Shown: positions 55,264-64,000 of the stretch, one piece after another
How positions within the stretch are numbered: the first letter of the stretch is position 1
How the letters are laid out: each line of letters starts with the position of its first letter
DNA from: an uncultured Campylobacterales bacterium
GTDB lineage: Bacteria > Campylobacterota > Campylobacteria > Campylobacterales > CACVAW01
DNA length: 64,000 bases
Reading direction: 5' to 3'
NCBI GenBank assembly: GCA_902727925.1
Contig: CACVAW010000010.1
Location: 8,726-72,725, forward strand
Translations under genes and position numbers: made by a program
Notes under the pieces: model-generated
Database searches by the model: none
What the model saw: the letters and a program-made list of their open reading frames with translations, nothing else
Told to the model about the DNA's origin: nothing

Positions 55264-55901
55264 AGTTTTTTAAAGACCACTATATTTTCATTTATAGTTT
55301 TTAGTACTTTTAGCCCAAATTTTGAAGCTATGACTTCAAAACTTTTGGGTGTGAAAAAGCTTATGTGAGTTATATCTCTTCTGTACCACCATTTTAAAAA
55401 CTCTTGATCGTTATTAAGTGTGAACTTTGTCATTAGTACTAGATATCCATCTTCACTTAAACACTTTGTTAGCAAGTCAAAGGTAATTAATGGGTCTTTT
55501 AGGTGTTCAAATACTTCAGTTGAAGTGATGAGGTCATATTTTTTATTTTCGTAGATTTTAACTGGATGAAAATAGTAGTCATATTTATGGACTGTAATAC
55601 CTCTTTTTTCTAACAAACTACATAACACAGGAGCAAAACCACATCCAAACTCTAAAGCCGTTTGAATAGCCCCTAAAGGCTTAACAGCAACATCAACAAA
55701 ATCTTCAAACATTTTTACATAACCCAAATCCTCAAAACTATTTTCATGTTTTTCGTAGTGTTTTTTTTCTGTGTTTTTATCTACGATATTTTTTTCATCA
55801 AGAGATGTAAATCCACAAGAGTTACACCTAAAGTAAGTTAGGCTTTTTTTAATGTCTTTTAATTCTCTTGTTTTATTCTCGCAGATTTTGCATTCATTCA
55901 T
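55260..55901 (-). CDS. Class I SAM-dependent methyltransferase with an N-terminal zinc ribbon
   Basis: 213 aa with CKICEN...CNSCGF, then [10 protein letters not shown] (motif I). Its stop is interleaved with the lepA stop at a CTAG. Confidence 0.72.
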   Translation of the reverse strand: MNECKICENKTRELKDIKKSLTYFRCNSCGFTSLDEKNIVDKNTEKKHYEKHENSFEDLGYVKMFEDFVDVAVKPLGAIQTALEFGCGFAPVLCSLLEKRGITVHKYDYYFHPVKIYENKKYDLITSTEVFEHLKDPLITFDLLTKCLSEDGYLVLMTKFTLNNDQEFLKWWYRRDITHISFFTPKSFEVIASKFGLKVLKTINENIVVFKKL

Positions 55902-56296
55902 AGCATATCTCCACTCTCATACAGCCAAACACCATCTTCAAAAACAAATCTACTTTTTTCTAATATATCACCAGTAGATAGCTTAGCCTTGAAGGTAACA
56001 TAAGAGATATCATCATTTAGATCCGCTTTGATGATTTCAAGACCTAAGAATTCTGTTTGTGTACAAAAAGCTTTGATGCTTTTGTTCCATTTTGCTTTGT
56101 CCTCGGTGAAGTCATCATTGTTTTTATGTGTAGTTTTTATAATATAGTTAGAGTTTTGAGTTGCATAAGCACAGTAGCGAGATTTCATAAGAAGTAAAGC
56201 ATTTTTAGGTGCTGCTCCTTTATGATAAGGCATACAACATTTTTTGTATTTTTGATTACTTCCACAAGGGCATTGGATATTTATTGATGATTTCAC
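55898..56296 (-). CDS. YchJ-like protein with a SEC-C metal-binding motif
   Basis: 132 aa. The N-terminal CPCGSNQKYKKCC is the SEC-C motif. An NTF2-like remainder follows, as in UPF0225/YchJ. Confidence 0.7.
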   Translation of the reverse strand: MKSSINIQCPCGSNQKYKKCCMPYHKGAAPKNALLLMKSRYCAYATQNSNYIIKTTHKNNDDFTEDKAKWNKSIKAFCTQTEFLGLEIIKADLNDDISYVTFKAKLSTGDILEKSRFVFEDGVWLYESGDML

Positions 56297-56311
56297 TAAG
56301 GCTTTGTATTT

Positions 56312-57210
56312 CTACTCATTGATGTTATTTAAAAGTAATTCTAGTAGTCTTTTTTGTACTGATTCTCTATTTTTCATTTGAACTTTTATTAGGGATTGAT
56401 TGCTATCTATTACTTCATTTGTAGCTTCATACTCTCTATGTACTGGTAAGCAGTGCATGAAAGATGCATCTCCTAATAGCTCTTCTGATTTTCCATGTTC
56501 GTTATATTCTCTTGTTGCCCAGTTTCTTGCGTATATTACAGTTGCGTCTTTGTATGCTTCTTCTCTTTCATGTGTTATGTTTAGTTTATTACCTGTTTTA
56601 GAAAGATTGGCATTTGTTTTATCGATTATCTCAGGATCTAGTCTGAATTCTTTTGGGTGAACAAGTGTTATATTATTCATAAACCTAGAAAAAAGTATAA
56701 GTTGTTCTTGTGGGATAGCTGGTACTCTTAATGCACTTGGACTATACGCCCAAGATAGTACTATCTTTTTGTTTTGATAGTCTTTTATGTTATCTTTGAT
56801 AGTTTTTAGGTCAGCTAGTCCTTGTGCTGGATGGTATTTGTCACATTCAAGGTTTATGACACTTTTACTTGAGTATTTACAGAATTCATGAAACAGTTCG
56901 TTATATTTTGGATAGTGTGAACTGTTTGAGAGTCTAATACCTATTAGGTCTACATATTCACTTACAGCTAGAGCTATATCTCTCATCTCTTCGCCGTTTT
57001 TATATCTAGTTTTTTAGGGTCTATATCTATGAAGTTTCCACCTAGCTTATAGATAGCACTACTGAATGATGTTCTTGTTCTTGTAGATGGAGCAAAGAAA
57101 AGTAACCCTAAGAGTTTTTTAGAAAAGTTTTTCTTATACTCTTTTGATGATGTTATGATGTTTTGTATCTCTTTTAGAGTTAGATTATCAGTGCTTTCAA
57201 TGATTCGCAT
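56312..57210 (-). pseudogene. Ornithine-type transcarbamylase (acetyl/succinyl-ornithine transcarbamylase-like), split by a frameshift
   Basis: The N-terminal fragment (56983-57210) carries the carbamoyl-phosphate motif STRTR. The C-terminal fragment (56312-56986) carries HPAQ and HCLP. The frames rejoin as ...KKLDIKNGEEMRDIALAV... if the T5 run at 56997-57001 (A5 on the coding strand) gained one base. Confidence 0.7.
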
Positions 57211-57234
57211 AGACTTATTCTTTTTTAGTAGGTT

Positions 57235-58194
57235 TTAATTTAATTGGCACAATATTTCTGAGTAGCCGTTTTCTTTATCAATAAACTCTTTTTTAATACT
57301 AAAGCCATGTGTATTTATGACTTTTCTTAATACTTCTAGTTTGTATTTATTTGAGTATGCAGCAAGTATCCTTTCTCCTTTTGAGAAATATATATCTTCA
57401 CCCATGAACTTGACTATCCTTGATCTTGTGAACTTGAAGTAATGAGAAACTACATTAATATCAGGGAAAAATTTTTCTTCTCCATAATGAACTTCCATAT
57501 ATCCATCATCTGTTGTGATATCACACTTTGAGAATACTTGCATCACATGACTATTATAAAAAGTATTATTGTAGCTATTTAAAACATTTTGGATATATTT
57601 TGGACTTGGTTCATCTGGTGTTATATGTACCTCAATTAATAGATAATCATCTCTTTTCATAGCATCTCTAATAGGTTTAGATATTATTTCTTGGGAATAA
57701 GTACCAAAGGTGTTAGTAAGTATAGTAAACAGGTTTTTTGAATGATAATTATCTCTTAGTTGGGTACTTATTAGATCTAAGTTTTGTGTTATATCGGATA
57801 TGAATACTTCTTTAGGTATATTGATATTAGCAAAATCTTCAATGATATATGAAGCAAGTTCTTTAGATGAATCTACTAAAGAGTAAGTTACTTGTTTTGT
57901 TTTTTGGAATTCCTCAATAAGTAGCTTATCTTTTGTAAGGTTAGGAGATCCTAGAGCGATCAGGTTGACATCACCACTAATACACTTACTTATGTCTGAT
58001 TTTATAGAGTCTAAGAACTTATAAGGTTTTGAGTAGTATTCATAGTCTGACTTTAAACAAGTATCAATCCAAGCTTTGGCATTCTTTTGACCTATGAATT
58101 TGTACTTTGGAGGGATTCTTCTAATCTGAAGAGCTTTTAAATATTCTGTATCAAAATTTTTTGTTGTTGTATAGTGGTTATATGAAGCTGTCAT
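57235..58194 (-). CDS. EgtD-like (Methyltransf_33-type) protein, divergent
   Basis: 319 aa, collinear by eye with histidine N-alpha-methyltransferase EgtD (IPPKYKF..., LIALGSPNLTK vs ELGSGxxxK, FTILTNTFGT vs FLGSTIGN, and the C-terminal GYSEILCQL). The SAM-motif glycines are partly replaced. Confidence 0.4.
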   Translation of the reverse strand: MTASYNHYTTTKNFDTEYLKALQIRRIPPKYKFIGQKNAKAWIDTCLKSDYEYYSKPYKFLDSIKSDISKCISGDVNLIALGSPNLTKDKLLIEEFQKTKQVTYSLVDSSKELASYIIEDFANINIPKEVFISDITQNLDLISTQLRDNYHSKNLFTILTNTFGTYSQEIISKPIRDAMKRDDYLLIEVHITPDEPSPKYIQNVLNSYNNTFYNSHVMQVFSKCDITTDDGYMEVHYGEEKFFPDINVVSHYFKFTRSRIVKFMGEDIYFSKGERILAAYSNKYKLEVLRKVINTHGFSIKKEFIDKENGYSEILCQLN

Positions 58195-58207
58195 TTTTTA
58201 GAATCCT

Positions 58208-60070
58208 TTATAGTGAATATCTTAGGTTTATATCTTCTGAAATTTTCTCTTTGATTTCGAATATGAAATCTAGTAGGTCTTCAAAATGTTTAAACGAATA
58301 TCTGATTTTTATACTATTCTTGTACATAGCTATATAGTAACTATTTTGAACACTTTTGGGTAAATTTACTCTTATGTGAGTATGCAAGATATTTATACTT
58401 CTTTCTATAATATTGTCATCAGAGTTATTTATATATAAAGCAAACCTATGTATTCCAAGTTTAGGTTCTTTTTTGAATGTATCTATAGGAATAAGTATCT
58501 TTAGAATAGTTTTTAAGTCTATTTTGTTTAAAGATAGGTCTATAAGTATGTATGCTAAAGAACTATAGCCTTTTTTTTCAAGATTTTTTTCATAATACTT
58601 ATAGATATATTCTAAGTTTGGCATATCAAATATTTTCATCCAAGGTTTAAAAATTTCAAAACCTTTTTTGAGATGATTATAGCTTTCATCTCCTCCTAGG
58701 GTATTGGAAAGTCTGTTTTTTGACTCATAGGATTTTAGTATATCAAACCACTCTAGTCTTATTTTTTTTGGTGTACTTGCAAATGTAACTTCTATGATAT
58801 CGTTGTTTTTTAGTATATTTGTTAGGCTTACTTCTTTGTTTTCTAAAAAAATCTTTTTGAAAAATAGAGCTTGGTCTTTGTATAAGTAGAGAAGGGCATC
58901 AAGTACAGTAGAGCCTTGTGGTATATGAATCTCTTCACCATAAGAGGAATATATCTTGATAGTATTGTTTAATACTTCTGAAACTATACTATCATGAAAT
59001 GTACTATCATCTTTTAGGTTTTTTTCTCTTAGTTCGATTTTTTTGACCCATTCTTCTTGATTGTGTTTTTGAGAGTTTAAAAAAGCATTTTTTTGTTTGA
59101 TCTTGATATCTATAAGACCGATTTTAGTAAAAATTGTTGTATGGATAGCTTGATAGCCGTTTTCTTTTGGATTTGATATATAGTCTTTGAACTTAGGAGT
59201 GAATGCTTTGAATTTATTGTGAAGTTTGTATAGGGTTTGATAACAAGCTAGTTTATCTTCACAGCTTACTATTATGTAATACAGGTGCTGGATATCAATA
59301 AAGCTATCAGTCTGAGGAAGCTTATTTGATACCTCCATAGTAGAGCGCTTATGTAGTTCAAGTGGGTTATCTATGGTTTGTGAGAGAGTTTTTATTATGT
59401 CTTGAATTTTGTTTTGATTTTGTTCTGCTGCTTTTATTCTTTTTTCAAAAGTTTTGTATCTTTGGGGTTCAAGATATTTCATACAGTAATCTTCAAGTTG
59501 AGTTTTCCATTTCCACAGATTAAGATTATTTGCTAGCCCTATATATATATTTGATGTTTCGGTAGCTTTTTTGATCTGTTTTTCTGGTTTCATATGTTGT
59601 AGGGTCGACATATTGTGTAGTCTATCTGCTATTTTGATATATACTGTACGGAAGTCTTTGCTCATTGAAAAAAGTATTTTTCTTAGAGTTTTTACATCTT
59701 TTTGGTCATGTGTTTGTAATGTCTCATCAAAGTGACTAAGACTATCAACCAAAAATGCTACATCTTTGCCAAATGTGTCTATTACTGCTTGGAGTGGAGT
59801 TGGAGTATCTTCTACTGTATCATGTAGGAGAGCTGCTATGATGCTTTCCTCGCCTAAACCTTGAGCTACAACTATTCTTGCAACTGATGTAGGGTGCATG
59901 ATATATGGTTCGCCACTGCGTCTGTATTGAGAGCTATGAGCTTCACCTGCAAAATAAAATGCTTTTTTGATAAGCTTTATATCTATATCAGGTCTTGTTA
60001 AAAGATCATTTTTTAGGTCGTTAAAGTAGTGTTCCCAGTCACTAGGAACCATCTTGGCTGTTTTATTCAT
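58208..60070 (-). CDS. RelA/SpoT homologue (HD hydrolase + synthetase-like + TGS domains), divergent
   Basis: 620 aa. The HD domain motifs are intact (GEPYIMHPTSVA, ALLHDTVEDT, KIADRLHNMSTL). The synthetase region is recognisable (KENGYQAIHTTIF) but has altered catalytic motifs. It also has a TGS-like IKIYSSYGEEIHIPQGSTVLD. Confidence 0.78.
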   Translation of the reverse strand: MNKTAKMVPSDWEHYFNDLKNDLLTRPDIDIKLIKKAFYFAGEAHSSQYRRSGEPYIMHPTSVARIVVAQGLGEESIIAALLHDTVEDTPTPLQAVIDTFGKDVAFLVDSLSHFDETLQTHDQKDVKTLRKILFSMSKDFRTVYIKIADRLHNMSTLQHMKPEKQIKKATETSNIYIGLANNLNLWKWKTQLEDYCMKYLEPQRYKTFEKRIKAAEQNQNKIQDIIKTLSQTIDNPLELHKRSTMEVSNKLPQTDSFIDIQHLYYIIVSCEDKLACYQTLYKLHNKFKAFTPKFKDYISNPKENGYQAIHTTIFTKIGLIDIKIKQKNAFLNSQKHNQEEWVKKIELREKNLKDDSTFHDSIVSEVLNNTIKIYSSYGEEIHIPQGSTVLDALLYLYKDQALFFKKIFLENKEVSLTNILKNNDIIEVTFASTPKKIRLEWFDILKSYESKNRLSNTLGGDESYNHLKKGFEIFKPWMKIFDMPNLEYIYKYYEKNLEKKGYSSLAYILIDLSLNKIDLKTILKILIPIDTFKKEPKLGIHRFALYINNSDDNIIERSINILHTHIRVNLPKSVQNSYYIAMYKNSIKIRYSFKHFEDLLDFIFEIKEKISEDINLRYSL

Positions 60071-60101
60071 ATAGATATTTTATTCTGAATTTCTTAAACA
60101 T

Positions 60102-60719
60102 CTAGTTTTCTTCTAGGTAGTATATCGTGGGGTTTTGTGTATTTATGACTTTTTTGATAGGGAAGTCTTTATAGTCTATACTTGGATCTTGTATTGAGCG
60201 TAAGACTTCAGGTTTGTTAATAATTACTATGAAGATATTATCAGCTTTTTTGATACCTTCGTAGGTAAGAGTGAGCCTGTCTTTTACATCAAACTTATCA
60301 GTTTGTGTATGTGCGCAAAGTTCTTTTGAGTCTAGGGCTTTGGTATTGGGGAATAGTGACGCTGTATGACCATCGCTACCAACTCCAAGAATGATAAGAT
60401 CAAAACTATATGGAAGAGAGTTTTCATATTCTTGTATACATTTTTCGATATCGTTATGGATTAGTACGTTCCATGGGTTTATGTTTGACATTATTTTTAG
60501 TCTTGCTTGCATACAATTAGAATTAATATCAACTTCAGATACAAATCTCTCATCTACTAAGAAAATTTCAGTATCAAATTCAGGTCTTATATGGTCAAAG
60601 ATACTTAGGCTACTACCCCCACTTATACCTAGGGCAGAGGGGTTTATCTCTTCATAATGTTCTTTGATGTCATTATAGAATTTTGTTTTTGATGTATATT
60701 TTTTTATATTATAGGTCAT
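60102..60719 (-). CDS. pgl: 6-phosphogluconolactonase
   Basis: 205 aa with LGISGGSS, FLVDERFV, ILGVGSDGHTASLFP. Confidence 0.83.
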   Translation of the reverse strand: MTYNIKKYTSKTKFYNDIKEHYEEINPSALGISGGSSLSIFDHIRPEFDTEIFLVDERFVSEVDINSNCMQARLKIMSNINPWNVLIHNDIEKCIQEYENSLPYSFDLIILGVGSDGHTASLFPNTKALDSKELCAHTQTDKFDVKDRLTLTYEGIKKADNIFIVIINKPEVLRSIQDPSIDYKDFPIKKVINTQNPTIYYLEEN

Positions 60720-60723
60720 AGTG

Positions 60724-62277
60724 CTATTTCAGTATATTTAAGAACTTATTAACTGTATCGCTATTGATATTTTGATTTTTTAGGACGTCTTTTATATTGT
60801 CATCAATTTTGATGTTTTTTTCTATGAATCTATTTGCTTCTGCTTGGATTTTATCTTTGATATTGCCTTGGTTTAGGAGGTCTTTAACATCTACTCTTAC
60901 TTTTGGATCTGCTATATTACCTGTGATATTGACCTTGAGACGGTCTTTTTTGTATGCGTAAAAGACACTCGCATCTAAGGTTTTATTTTCTGGATATATA
61001 GAAGAGTTGCTAATAGCAATTGTATTTCTAGTATTTGATATATTTCCATCTATTGAGATGAGCTTGTTTGAGATGTTACCATGAAAATATCCATTGTCAT
61101 ATATGTTTTTAGTTAGGTCAAGTCCTGTGTAAGACTTTATTTTGTTTGTGATAGTACTTTGCGTAAGGTTACCCTTACCCATAGCAAGAGAGTAGTTACC
61201 TTTACTTGTTTTTGTATTGTATTTGAGGTCTAGCTTTGCATTTGATTCAAAGAGTTCTTTTTGACCTAATGTATAAAGTAGGTTTTGTACTAGTATATTA
61301 TTTGACGTTAACTCAAGAATGTTTTTCTTGAAAGTGAAGTTTGTATTTGATTTGGCTATATCGCTTGTACCTTGTACAAATATCACTTTATCATAAGTGA
61401 AGTTACTATCTATATTAATACTTCCATTAAGAGATTTGTTGATTATTGGTTTTAGTTTTTGTAGGTCACTTATATATAGTCTCATATCACCTTTTGATAT
61501 ATTTGTTTTGAGATTTGTTGTTATATTGGTTGAGTTTATTTTAGCGATACTTGAATTGATGTTTAAGTTAGAGTTTATGAGCTGATTAGCTATTGCGTGT
61601 TTTGTGCCACCTGTGATTATAAAGTTTGATGGTAGTGATACATTATATTCTTGCTTGATTAGTGTTGCGTTTGGAGTTAGGGAATTTATTTTTGTTGTTA
61701 GTTCTATTTTTGAGTTTATATCTTTGAGGCTTTTTGAGTTTACATTTACATCTATATTTGATGATGCATAGTTAGGGAGGTTAAACATCTTGAAAACATT
61801 TTTGGTGTTTAGGTTGGTTATCTTGGCTGTTGTATTGTCAAGAGAGGTAGTACTTAGTATCTTTGTTTTGTAAGAAGTTTTTGATTTGAATATATACCCT
61901 GAGCCATCTATATCAATATTGATATCAGACAAGGTGTTTATGTTTCCTGCTATCTTACCATCAAGTGCAAACATCTCTTTATCTGTTGTATTTGTATTAT
62001 ACTTAAGATCTAGAGTTTTATTAAAGATTGAGTATTTGCCTGTAATGTTGAGGTTGTATATATCATTTAGTACTACTTTTACATTTGTGTTATTACTATC
62101 AAGGTTAAACTCTGTGATTTCTATATGTGATGGAGCTACTTTGGTATTTATATAGCTTTGGACATAAGGTTTTAGGATATTATTACCAGTTTTTGTGAGT
62201 ATTAGAAATGCGGCTAATGCAAAAAGTAGAATGACTAAAACGACTAAAATTTTAAATAATGTAAAAAAAAGTTTCAA
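60724..62277 (-). CDS. Membrane-anchored, Asn/Thr/Ser-rich envelope protein (AsmA-like, tentative)
   Basis: 517 aa with an N-terminal TM anchor and a long region predicted to be beta-rich. The C-terminal LKVNITGNIADPKVRVDV resembles AsmA/TamB-type C-termini. Confidence 0.4.
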   Translation of the reverse strand: MKLFFTLFKILVVLVILLFALAAFLILTKTGNNILKPYVQSYINTKVAPSHIEITEFNLDSNNTNVKVVLNDIYNLNITGKYSIFNKTLDLKYNTNTTDKEMFALDGKIAGNINTLSDINIDIDGSGYIFKSKTSYKTKILSTTSLDNTTAKITNLNTKNVFKMFNLPNYASSNIDVNVNSKSLKDINSKIELTTKINSLTPNATLIKQEYNVSLPSNFIITGGTKHAIANQLINSNLNINSSIAKINSTNITTNLKTNISKGDMRLYISDLQKLKPIINKSLNGSINIDSNFTYDKVIFVQGTSDIAKSNTNFTFKKNILELTSNNILVQNLLYTLGQKELFESNAKLDLKYNTKTSKGNYSLAMGKGNLTQSTITNKIKSYTGLDLTKNIYDNGYFHGNISNKLISIDGNISNTRNTIAISNSSIYPENKTLDASVFYAYKKDRLKVNITGNIADPKVRVDVKDLLNQGNIKDKIQAEANRFIEKNIKIDDNIKDVLKNQNINSDTVNKFLNILK

Positions 62278-62347
62278 AATGGAGTACCTTTATAGATAAT
62301 GTATTATCTTACTTAAGTGTCAAAGACTAAGACTGAAGCTATTTTTC

Positions 62348-62376
62348 TTGACAAGTAAGTATTTGATTGATATAAT
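62348..62376 (+). promoter_or_regulatory. Consensus sigma70-type promoter for groES-groEL
   Basis: TTGACA (62348-62353), a 17-nt spacer, then TATAAT (62371-62376). Both hexamers match consensus perfectly, about 70 nt upstream of groES. Confidence 0.6.
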
Positions 62377-62403
62377 TTCGGTTCTAATATTACAACAAAA
62401 ATC

Positions 62404-62426
62404 ATAAGGTATTCTTAATACCTTAT
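62404..62426 (+). promoter_or_regulatory. 10-bp inverted repeat in the groES 5' leader (operator or RNA hairpin)
   Basis: ataaggtatt-ctt-aataccttat lies between the promoter and the AAGGA RBS. It matches neither the CIRCE nor the HAIR consensus. Confidence 0.4.
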
Positions 62427-62444
62427 ATACTAAAGGACGAAGTT

Positions 62445-62741
62445 ATGAATTTTACACCTCTTGGAAAAAGAGTACTCATCAAAAGAGTAGATGAAGAAAC
62501 TAAAACAGCTGGAGGAATAATACTTCCAGATAATGCAAAAGAAAAGCCACTTTCAGGCAAAGTTGAAGCAGTAAGTTCGGAAATAACTGATATAAATAAA
62601 GGTGATGAAGTTGTATTTGGTAAGTATACAGGGACTGAAATCACACTTTCAGGTACAGAATATTTGGTATTAGAACTTAAAGATATTTTAGGTGTGTTAA
62701 ATACTAGTTGTTGTGGTAGTAAAACTAGTTGTGATAGTTAA
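62445..62741 (+). CDS. groES: Co-chaperonin GroES with a Cys-rich C-terminal extension
   Basis: [35 protein letters not shown]...[13 protein letters not shown] is a canonical GroES. Twelve extra residues, [13 protein letters not shown], follow the usual end. Confidence 0.93.
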   Translation: MNFTPLGKRVLIKRVDEETKTAGGIILPDNAKEKPLSGKVEAVSSEITDINKGDEVVFGKYTGTEITLSGTEYLVLELKDILGVLNTSCCGSKTSCDS

Positions 62742-62760
62742 TTAGAATTAAAGGAAATAG

Positions 62761-64000
<1,240 letters not shown>

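Noticed and set aside
62302-62322. An HspR HAIR operator or HrcA CIRCE element upstream of groES.
   Set aside because: No CIRCE-like sequence is present. The HAIR-like CTTAAGT-N7-ACTAAGA matches the left half-site 6/7 but the right only 4/7, which is too weak to annotate as a feature. It is mentioned only within the groESL finding.

Overview
This is a gene-dense, very AT-rich 64-kb chromosomal window. By inference it comes from a member of the Campylobacterota (epsilonproteobacteria). The clues are a fused CcsBA cytochrome-c synthetase, TGnTATAAT extended -10 boxes without clear -35 boxes, TTATTCACA DnaA boxes, and rpsL-rpsG-fusA without tuf. Read left to right, the window contains: the start of the S10 ribosomal-protein operon (minus strand: rpsJ-rplC-rplD-rplW-rplB-rpsS); a pqiA-like gene plus ccsBA; acs; the str operon; the replication-origin neighbourhood (DnaA boxes, dnaA, dnaN, gyrB); two tandem AEC-permease paralogues; a MazEF-type toxin-antitoxin pair abutting trpF; thiC; metY; panB; rnhA; nusA; malic enzyme; purH; tkt; ispA; and a long plus-strand block kdsB-ubiE-nuoA-nuoB-nuoC-[two foreign genes]-nuoD-membrane protein-kdsA-ribH-nusB-udg. 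After that come pfs, lepA, and a minus-strand block holding a frameshifted transcarbamylase, an EgtD-like protein, a divergent RelA/SpoT homologue, pgl and an AsmA-like protein. The window ends with groES and a 3'-truncated groEL. I recognised no rRNA, tRNA, CRISPR array, transposase or integrase. The strongest candidate for a novel system is a markedly AT-richer, translationally coupled two-gene cassette wedged between nuoC and nuoD. It encodes an ABC/AAA_15-21-like ATPase and a 185-aa protein with a D-x14-E-x-K nuclease-like motif. The nuo cluster around it also stops after nuoD. The second most interesting item is a roughly 76-nt three-hairpin RNA element present in both intercistronic spacers of rpsL-rpsG-fusA, with compensatory base-pair changes between the two copies. 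Other points are a Cys-rich tail on GroES, a non-CIRCE inverted repeat in the groES leader, an RSH protein with intact HD motifs but degenerate synthetase motifs, a transcarbamylase broken at a homopolymer tract, and DnaA boxes on both sides of dnaA. All functional calls rest on by-eye motif recognition. No database search was run.
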